A stretch of 64,000 bases of DNA from Myxococcota bacterium (GTDB lineage: Bacteria; Myxococcota_A; UBA9160; SMWR01): the NCBI GenBank assembly GCA_036560145.1, contig DATBRV010000120.1, forward strand, positions 22,258 to 86,257. Direction: 5' to 3'. Below the pieces are notes generated by a model. That model was not told the origin of the DNA. It was given only the letters and a program-made list of their open reading frames with translations, and did not search any database. Both the position numbers and the translations under genes were made by a program. Of this stretch, positions 27,892 through 36,004 are shown piece after piece. Within the stretch, counting starts at the first letter, position 1; every line of letters starts with the position of its first letter.

Positions 27892-29674
27892 GCGCGATCT
27901 CCACGGCAGCGCCGCCGCGCGAGGCCGCCGCGAGGCCGGGCGTGGCGAGCCAGCGCTCCACGTCGTCGGCGACCGATTCCGGATCGATCCGCGCCGCGCG
28001 CCACTGATCGCGCAGGTCGCCGTGCTCCACGAAGGCGTCGCCGAGGCCGTGCAAGCGCACCTGGCAGAGGGGCGCTTCGCGGGCCAGCAGCTCGAGCACG
28101 GCGCTGCCGAAGCCGCCCAGCGCGGCGTGATCCTCGAGCGTGACGACGAAGCGGGAGCGGCGCGCAACGGCGCCGATCAGCGCCTCGTCGAGGGGCTTCA
28201 CGAAGCGCGCGTCGACCACGCCGGCCTGGATGCCGCGCGCCTCCAGCAGCTCGGCGGCGCGCTGCGCCACCGCCACGGTCCGGCCGATGCCGAGCAGCGC
28301 CACGTCGCCGCCCTGCCGCAGCAGCTCGGCGCGTCCGATCGGAAGCGGTTCGGGGAGGGGATCCACGGCGACGCCGGTGGCGCTCCCGCGCGGGAAGCGC
28401 AGCGCGAAGGGGCGGCCCGATCGGACGGCCGTCTCGAGCAAGCGCGCGAGCTGGTTCTCGTCGCGCGGCGCCGCCACCACGAGGTTCGGGATCATGCGCA
28501 GGTAGCCGAGGTCGAAGACCCCGTGGTGGGTCGGCCCGTCCGCGCCGACGAGTCCGGCACGGTCGAGCGCGAAGATCACCGGCAGGCGCTGGAGCGCCAC
28601 GTCGTGGACGATCTGGTCGAACGCGCGCTGTAGGAAGGTCGAGTAGATCGCGCAAACCGGTCGCAGCCCCTCGGCCGCCAGGCCCGCGGCGAAGGTGACG
28701 GCGTGCTGCTCGGCGATGCCGACGTCGTAGCAGCGGTCCGGGTGCCGGCGCGCGAAGCGATCCAGCCCGGTGCCGTCGGGCATCGCCGCGGTGATCGCGA
28801 CCACGCGCGGGTCGCGGTCCGCGAGCCGCGCCAGCGCGTCGGCGAAGGCCGCCGTCCAGGTCGGCGCCCCGCCCGCGCCGTTCGTGCGGGCGGCTCCCGT
28901 CGCCGGCTCGAAGGGCGCGGTGGCGTGCCACTTGTAGGGGTCGGCCTCGGCCGGGGCGTAGCCGCAGCCCTTGCGGGTCCGCACGTGGAGCAGCGCGGGG
29001 CCGCTGCGCGCCAGCAGCCGCTCGAGCGCCGGCAGCAGCGCGCCCAGATCGTGGCCGTCCACGGCCTCCAGGTAGGCGATCCCGAGCGATTCGAAGTACT
29101 CGCGCGCGCGGCCGCCGCGGGAGAGCCCGCCCACGCTCGGCGCGATCGACATGCCGTTGTCGTTGAAGACGATCCGGAGATCCGTTTCGAGCCAGCCCGC
29201 GTGGTTGAGCCCCTCGAAGGCCATGCCGGCGGTCGCCGCGCCGTCGCCGATCACCGCCACCACGCGCTCGCCCGTGCCGCGCCGGCGAATCGCCTCCGCG
29301 ATCCCGAGCGCGGCGGAGATCGAGGTGCCGGCGTGGCCGGCACCGAAGACGTCGTACTCGCTCTCGCAGCGGCGCAGGAAGCCGCTCGGGCCGTCCGCGC
29401 GCTTGATCCTTGCCAGATCCGCCCAACGCCCGGTCAGCGCCTTGTGCCCGTAGGCCTGGTGGCCGACGTCCCAGATCAGCCGGTCCCGCGGCGTGTCGAG
29501 CAGGAAGTGCAGCGCAACGCTGAGCTCGACGGTGCCGAGGCTTCCCGCGAAGTGCCCGCCGGCTTCCGCGCCCACGCGGACCAGCTCCTCGCGCAGCGCG
29601 GCCGCGATCGCCGGGAGCTCGGAGCGCGGCGCCTTGCGCAGCTCGGCGGGATGCTCGATCCGAAAACCAGCCAC
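27881..29674 (-). CDS. dxs: 1-deoxy-D-xylulose-5-phosphate synthase
   Basis: GGHFAGSLGTVELSVALH, DVGHQAYGHK, IGDGAATAGMAFEGLNHAG, and a transketolase-like C-terminus. The GTG at 29674 places the conserved I-x-x-P-x-x-L-R segment at its usual distance from the N-terminus. The track start (ATG 29767) is the alternative. Confidence 0.9.
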   Translation of the reverse strand: MAGFRIEHPAELRKAPRSELPAIAAALREELVRVGAEAGGHFAGSLGTVELSVALHFLLDTPRDRLIWDVGHQAYGHKALTGRWADLARIKRADGPSGFLRRCESEYDVFGAGHAGTSISAALGIAEAIRRRGTGERVVAVIGDGAATAGMAFEGLNHAGWLETDLRIVFNDNGMSIAPSVGGLSRGGRAREYFESLGIAYLEAVDGHDLGALLPALERLLARSGPALLHVRTRKGCGYAPAEADPYKWHATAPFEPATGAARTNGAGGAPTWTAAFADALARLADRDPRVVAITAAMPDGTGLDRFARRHPDRCYDVGIAEQHAVTFAAGLAAEGLRPVCAIYSTFLQRAFDQIVHDVALQRLPVIFALDRAGLVGADGPTHHGVFDLGYLRMIPNLVVAAPRDENQLARLLETAVRSGRPFALRFPRGSATGVAVDPLPEPLPIGRAELLRQGGDVALLGIGRTVAVAQRAAELLEARGIQAGVVDARFVKPLDEALIGAVARRSRFVVTLEDHAALGGFGSAVLELLAREAPLCQVRLHGLGDAFVEHGDLRDQWRAARIDPESVADDVERWLATPGLAAASRGGAAVEIAHAS

Positions 29675-29862
29675 CCGGCCCCCACTCCGCAGCCCGCGGC
29701 GCCTGCGCGCCCCGGAGACTGCGGCCCAACCCCGGGCGGGAGGTTTCCATCGCACCCGGTGCCCCACAAGCAGAGCTGCAGACCGAAACCGGCCGATCGG
29801 TCAGCGAAACCCGGATCGGGTGCAGGGTTCGGCCGGTTCGGGCAGGTCGCTAGAGTCCCGGC

Positions 29863-30753
29863 GTGACGCGCCGCGCGGAAAGGCTCGGGCTGCTCTTCGC
29901 GGCGCTCTGCGCCGTGAACGGCGCGTTCGTGCCCGCCATCTCGAAGCTCACCACCGACCGCGCCGATCCCATCTTCGTGGCCGCGGCCTCCAGCCTGGTC
30001 GCCGCGCTGGCGGCGGCGGCGGTGCTGGCGGCGCGCGGGGAGCTCGCGGTGCTGTTCGAGCGGAGCCGGCTGGCCAGGCTCGCGCTGCTGGGGACGCTCG
30101 GCACGGGCGCCGCCTTCGTCCTGTTCTTTGAAGGCGTGAGCCGCAGCAGCGCGATCGAGACGGCGCTCTGCCTCCAGATCGAGCCGGTCTACTCGCTGCT
30201 CTTCGCGCGCTTCTTCCTGGGGCACCCGCTCAGCCTGCGCCGCGTGATCGGCGTGACGCTGCTGCTGGCCGGCATCGCGCTCGCGGTCGGCGTCGAGGGG
30301 GTCCGGGGCTCGCCGGGGGTCTGGCTCCTGCTGGCGACGCCGCTCTGCTGGCAGGCGTCCCACCTGCTCGTGCTGAAGCGCCTCCCGGGCCTCGCGCCGC
30401 CGCAGCTCACCGGCGCCAGGTACGTTTTTGGCGGCATCGTGCTCTGCCTCTACTGGGCGCTGCGCGCCGGCCCGGAGACGATCCCGGCCGCGGACGTGCT
30501 GGCTCCCCTGCTGCCCGTGCTCGTGATCCAGGGCCTGATCACGTTCTACCTCGGCACCACGCTCTGGTACGGCGCGATCGAGCGGCTCGATCTCGCGCGA
30601 ACCACGGCGATCGTCGTCCCCTCGATTCCGATCCTCTCGCTCGGCGCGAGCTTCCTGCTGCTCGGGGAGGTCGCCTCGCCGCGCGAGTGGGCGGGTCTCG
30701 CGCTCTGCGTGGGCGGCGTGATGGTCTTCGTCACCGCGCCGCATGCGGCGTGA
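29863..30753 (+). CDS. EamA/DMT-superfamily transporter
   Basis: Ten hydrophobic helices in two halves. LGTGAAFVLFFEGV and TTAIVVPSIPILS are typical of EamA repeats. GTG start. Confidence 0.8.
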   Translation: MTRRAERLGLLFAALCAVNGAFVPAISKLTTDRADPIFVAAASSLVAALAAAAVLAARGELAVLFERSRLARLALLGTLGTGAAFVLFFEGVSRSSAIETALCLQIEPVYSLLFARFFLGHPLSLRRVIGVTLLLAGIALAVGVEGVRGSPGVWLLLATPLCWQASHLLVLKRLPGLAPPQLTGARYVFGGIVLCLYWALRAGPETIPAADVLAPLLPVLVIQGLITFYLGTTLWYGAIERLDLARTTAIVVPSIPILSLGASFLLLGEVASPREWAGLALCVGGVMVFVTAPHAA

Positions 30754-31057
30754 GGTTCGGAACGGCGAGCGCGTGGTTCTCGCGCCGGATCAGGTAGAGC
30801 AGCGGCCCCACCGATCCGAAGGCGAGGGTGAGCAGCGCGTAGGGCACGAACGAGAGTCCGCGCTCGCGCGAGTCGCCCATCATCCAGATCAGCACGAGGC
30901 CGAGCGCTATGGTGAGATCGACGAAGAGCAGCGCCGCTCCCCAGCTCGAGATCGCGAGCTGGAAGAGCCCCAGGTAGCCGTGCTTCCAGATGGCCCAGGC
31001 GGTGAGCGCCGCGAAGTCGAAGAGCACGCTGCCGAGGATGATCTGCTTGCGATTCAT
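30731..31057 (-). CDS. small integral membrane protein of unknown function (108 aa)
   Basis: ATG at 31057 preceded by GGAGGA at good spacing. Three to four hydrophobic helices. A perfect sigma-54 promoter lies about 40 nt upstream. The rest of the 501-aa track ORF is antisense to the kinase gene. Confidence 0.75.
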   Translation of the reverse strand: MNRKQIILGSVLFDFAALTAWAIWKHGYLGLFQLAISSWGAALLFVDLTIALGLVLIWMMGDSRERGLSFVPYALLTLAFGSVGPLLYLIRRENHALAVPNLTPHAAR

Positions 31058-31098
31058 GGGATCCTCCGTTGTGTGTCGGGTGCGCGCCCGCCTGCATC

Positions 31099-31113
31099 GC
31101 AAGCCGCGTGCCA
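31099..31113 (-). promoter_or_regulatory. sigma-54 (-24/-12) promoter for the 108-aa membrane protein gene
   Basis: The minus strand reads CTGGCACGCGGCTTGCGA, an exact TGGCAC-N5-TTGC match. Confidence 0.8.
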
Positions 31114-31152
31114 GCCCTGGGACGCCGCCCGGCGCGAGCGCGCGGGCGGCGG

Positions 31153-31190
31153 CGTTGCAGCGCTGCAACGCCCGTCGCAAGCATGCGACG
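31153..31190. promoter_or_regulatory. two tandem 18-bp dyads, candidate enhancer (UAS) sites for the adjacent NtrC-type activator
   Basis: CGTTGCA-GCGC-TGCAACG (31153-31170, perfect palindrome) and CGTCGCA-AGCA-TGCGACG (31173-31190). Shared half-site CGTYGCA. The centres are 20 bp apart. The midpoint is 60 bp from the GG of each flanking -24 element. Confidence 0.55.
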
Positions 31191-31229
31191 CTCGCGGCCG
31201 CGCCCGCCCGCACGGGACGCCCCAGGGCC

Positions 31230-31244
31230 TGGCACGGGCCTTGC
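31230..31244 (+). promoter_or_regulatory. sigma-54 (-24/-12) promoter for the histidine kinase / EBP operon
   Basis: CTGGCACGGGCCTTGCGA is an exact TGGCAC-N5-TTGC match and ends 33 nt upstream of the kinase ATG. GGAG RBS in between. Confidence 0.8.
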
Positions 31245-31276
31245 GACGCGCGTGATACCCTGAACGCGGAGCCCGC

Positions 31277-32280
31277 ATGAGCCACCAAACCGGACCGAGA
31301 CGCCGCTGGGACCTCTGGGGCTGCGCCGCCGGGATCGCGATCGGCGCGGTCGACGCCGGGATCTTCCTCTTCTTCGGCGCCGATCTGACGCTCGCCGGCC
31401 GCGACGTGACGATCCCCGTGCTGGGGCTCTTCGAGTTGGCTTATGGCGCGCTCGGCTTCGCGGTCGGAAGGCTCGCGATGGCGCGCGCGCAGGCGCGCGA
31501 GGACGCCGACACGATCGAGCGTCAGCTGCGCGCGCTGGAAGACTCGCAGCGCGCCGCGCTCCAGAACGAGAAGCTCGCCGCGATCGGCCGCCTGGCGGCG
31601 GGCATCGCCCACGAGGTGCGCAACCCGCTGGGCGTGATCCGCAGCTCTGCCGCCATGGTGCAGGAGAGCTTCGCGCCGGGGGACGAGCCCTGGCGCGCCT
31701 GCGAGTTCATCCGCGAGGAGACGGTGCGGCTCGACGCGCTCACCTCGAAGCTGCTCGACTTCGCGCGGCCGCGTCCGCTGCGCTTGCAGAGCAGCTCTCT
31801 CGAGAAGGCGGTCCTGCACGCGCTCCAGCTCGCGCAGCCCGAGCTCGAGAGCCGCCGCATCCAGGTGTCGCAAACCGGAATCCGGGAAGCGCCGGAGCTG
31901 GAGGCGGATCCGGATCTGCTCGCGCAGCTGGTGCTGGATCTGGTGGTGAACGCGGCCGAGGCCGCGGGCGAGGGCGGTCGCGTAGCGCTGCGCGCGCAGG
32001 GCCTGCGCGGGGATCTGGTGCTCGAGGTGGCCGACTCGGGCCCGGGGGTTCCGGTCGTCTCCGCCGAGCAGATCTTCGAGCCCTTCTTCACCACCAAGCC
32101 GCGCGGGACCGGCCTCGGCCTCGCGATGGTCGCGCGCATCGTGCAGGCGCACGGCGGATCGATCTCGGTCGCGATCGGCCGCGGCGAGGGGCCGGGCGGC
32201 GCGGGCGCCTGCTTCCGCTCGAGCCTCCCGCTGCACGGGCCCGCCGAGCGGCGCCGCAGCGGATCCGCGGAGCGCTCCGC

Positions 32281-32284
<4 letters not shown>
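31277..32284 (+). CDS. sensor histidine kinase (HisKA + HATPase_c), two TM helices and no obvious periplasmic domain
   Basis: H-box [13 protein letters not shown]-box [11 protein letters not shown]1 DSGPGV, G2 GTGLGLAMV. The N-terminal 70 aa are hydrophobic. Confidence 0.9.
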
Positions 32285-33654
<1,370 letters not shown>

Positions 33655-33765
33655 AGCAGGGGACGTTGTTGGTTTACAAGTTTACTTGGTCGTCGAGACC
33701 CGGCGTCGGCCCACCCCAGCGCGGGTCGCGCTAAGTAAACATGTAAACCAACAACGTCCCCTGCT
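33655..33765. repeat. 111-nt element: 33-nt inverted repeat arms (one mismatch) around a 45-nt GC-rich loop
   Basis: Left arm AGCAGGGGACGTTGTTGGTTTACAAGTTTACTT (33655-33687). The right arm 33733-33765 is its reverse complement except for one base. The arms are conspicuously AT-richer than the surrounding DNA. The element fills the convergent gap between the EBP stop and the esterase stop. Confidence 0.85.
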
Positions 33766-33769
33766 ACCC

Positions 33770-35305
33770 CTAACCGGTCTCGTCCCAGAACGCCCGCTCG
33801 GCTTCGAAGGGCGCGTCTTCGACGCGGCACTCCTCGCCGAACAGCATGGTGGCGCGGCGCGCGGCGTCGTAGCGGGGCCAGTCGCCAAGATCGGGGGAGG
33901 CGGGGACGCCGGTGCGCGCAAAGGCGAGCCAGGCGTCCTGCATGCGGAGGGAGACACCGGCGGCGGCCGGGTGATCGCCGACAAAGCGCTGCACCAGGCG
34001 GTCGTCGACGCAGCCAAAAACGAACGGAATCTCGAGCGCGTGGCAGCTCCCGAGCATGCCGCCCAGCGCCGGCGACTTCCAGGTGAAGAGGTACGCATAG
34101 GTGGCCGGCTGGTGCGCGGCATGCTGCTCGGCCAGCCGCATGGCCGGGACCCGGAACCAGCGGTCCGTCTCGATCGCGTACCAGAGCTCGCGGGGTGACA
34201 CGTCGAAGCGTCCCTCGCGCGCGGCGCGATAGCGCTGGATCGCGTGCTCGCCGCGCGGCCGGCCGTCCGGGCCGGGCGCCGGGAGCGTGCGCCGGCAGCG
34301 GCGCAGCAGGCCATCCTCATCGAGCGATTGCGCCTTGGGATCGGTGGGCGAGTAGAGCTTCTGCTCTTCGAGGTTGGTCCCGATCAGGACCGAGACCTCG
34401 CGCGAGAGGCCCGCTGCGATCGCATCGAGCGGCGGGCGCGGCAACACGTCGCCGTCCACCACCGGCTGGAAGGGGAGCTGCGGCACCACGCCCAGCAGCT
34501 GGGCGACGGCGCGCTCCTGCGCGGCGAGCACGGCCTCGAGCGGCCGCGCGCGCAGACCCTCGGCGTCGTCCGCGGTGAGACCCAGCTCCTTCAGGAACGT
34601 CTCGGCGACGCGGATCGCATCCTCCTGGTCGTAGACGTTCGAGGCGGCGCCGCTCTGGAGGATCGCGCGGGAGAAGAGGCCGCGCGCGCGCGGCGTCCCC
34701 AGCAGGGTTCCCACGCTCATGGCGCCGGCTGACTCTCCGAACACGGTGACGTTGCCCGGATCGCCGCCGAAGGCCGCGATGTTCTCCTGCACCCAGGCGA
34801 GCGCCGCGAGCTGGTCGAGCAGGCCGAAGTTCGCGGAGGCATCTCCCGCCTCGCGCGCGAGCGCCGGAAGATGCAGGAAGCCGAGGGAGCCCAGCCGGTA
34901 GTTGACCGTGACCACGACCGCGTCGCCGCGCTGCGCGAGGCGCGCGCCCCGATAGACGGGCTGCGATCCCGAGCCGGTCGTGAAGGCGCCGCCGTGCAGC
35001 CACACGAGAACCGGCCGGCGGCCCGCATCCGCCGCGGGCGTCCAGACGTTCAGGAAGAGGCAATCCTCGGCGAAGATCTCCGTCGGGTTTCCGAGCAGCG
35101 CGGCCAGGCGCCCGGGATTCTGGGGCGCCGCCGGGCCGAACGTCTTCGCATCCCGCACACCGCTCCAGGGAACCGGAGGCAGCGGGGCGCGCAGCCGCAG
35201 CGCACCCTGCGGCGGCCGCGCATACGGAATCCCGCGGAAGACGAGCACCCCGTCCTCACGGCACCCCTCGATGCGACCGCTCGCGATCTCGACCCGGGGC
35301 TCCAT
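33770..35305 (-). CDS. carboxylesterase type B (para-nitrobenzyl esterase-like)
   Basis: FRGIPYARPP, VLVWLHGGAF, nucleophile elbow FGESAGA. ATG at 35305 is preceded by a GAGGAGGA RBS. Confidence 0.9.
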   Translation of the reverse strand: MEPRVEIASGRIEGCREDGVLVFRGIPYARPPQGALRLRAPLPPVPWSGVRDAKTFGPAAPQNPGRLAALLGNPTEIFAEDCLFLNVWTPAADAGRRPVLVWLHGGAFTTGSGSQPVYRGARLAQRGDAVVVTVNYRLGSLGFLHLPALAREAGDASANFGLLDQLAALAWVQENIAAFGGDPGNVTVFGESAGAMSVGTLLGTPRARGLFSRAILQSGAASNVYDQEDAIRVAETFLKELGLTADDAEGLRARPLEAVLAAQERAVAQLLGVVPQLPFQPVVDGDVLPRPPLDAIAAGLSREVSVLIGTNLEEQKLYSPTDPKAQSLDEDGLLRRCRRTLPAPGPDGRPRGEHAIQRYRAAREGRFDVSPRELWYAIETDRWFRVPAMRLAEQHAAHQPATYAYLFTWKSPALGGMLGSCHALEIPFVFGCVDDRLVQRFVGDHPAAAGVSLRMQDAWLAFARTGVPASPDLGDWPRYDAARRATMLFGEECRVEDAPFEAERAFWDETG

Positions 35306-35492
35306 GCACGTCCTCCTCGACGACGCAGAAGCGTAACACGACCCGGCGACCGCCATCGCAGGCGGCAGGTGACGGCGGCGGTGCAGCCACGGCATGCAGG
35401 CCCGTCACTGCACGGCGTGCGCTCTCGCTGGATTTTCAGCGCCGATCTCGCGTCTGGCGGCTCGAGAGCGCGCGGCGGCCGTCGGACCCTGC

Positions 35493-35507
35493 TGGCACAG
35501 CTCTTGC
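35493..35507 (+). promoter_or_regulatory. sigma-54 (-24/-12) promoter heading the first operon of the glycan locus
   Basis: GCTGGCACAGCTCTTGCTCT is an exact TGGCAC-N5-TTGC match, 36 nt upstream of the ATG at 35543. Confidence 0.75.
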
Positions 35508-35542
35508 TCTACCCGTCTCGTCTTCTTCCGAGAAAGCCCAGC

Positions 35543-35968
35543 ATGAGACGAACCCCGCTCCTCCTGATTCTGGCCGCCCTGCTCGCGCTGGCCGCTCCGG
35601 CGGGCGCCGAGGATCTGACGCAGACGCTCGCGGTCGAGCGTCCCGGCCGGCTCCGCGTCGAGCTCGACCGCGGCAGCGTCGAGGTCCAGACCCACCCGGC
35701 GCAGAGCGTGTACGTCGAGGCCACCGCGCGCGGCCTGGGCGCGAACGGCGTCGCGTTCGAGGTCGTCCGCGAGGGCGACGACGTGGTGCTGCGCGCCCGC
35801 ACCGAAGAGTGGATCGACTGGCTCAGCTCGGGCCCGCGCCTGAGCGTGCTGGTCTTCATCCCGCCCTTCTTCGAGGTCGTGAACGCGAGCGATCACGTCC
35901 TGATCACCCGCCGCGACGCCGTCGAGCTTTCGTACCCGACCCGCGCCGTCGGCAACCGCACGCAGTAA
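35543..35968 (+). CDS. exported protein of unknown function (signal peptide)
   Basis: MRRTPLLLILAALLALAAPAGA-ED is a typical Sec signal peptide. Beta-rich mature part (VELDRGSVEVQT..VYVEA..VAFEVV). Confidence 0.65.
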   Translation: MRRTPLLLILAALLALAAPAGAEDLTQTLAVERPGRLRVELDRGSVEVQTHPAQSVYVEATARGLGANGVAFEVVREGDDVVLRARTEEWIDWLSSGPRLSVLVFIPPFFEVVNASDHVLITRRDAVELSYPTRAVGNRTQ

Positions 35969-36004
35969 GTCCCGCCTCAAGCCTCGCCTTTTGACACCCG
36001 ATGA

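Noticed and set aside
29675-29767. ATG at 29767 as the dxs start.
   Set aside because: It adds 31 residues (MGHRVRWKPPARGWAAVSGARRRRGLRSGGR) that do not look like Dxs. The GTG at 29674 puts the conserved I-x-x-P-x-x-L-R segment at its usual position. It is kept as the alternative because I cannot test it.
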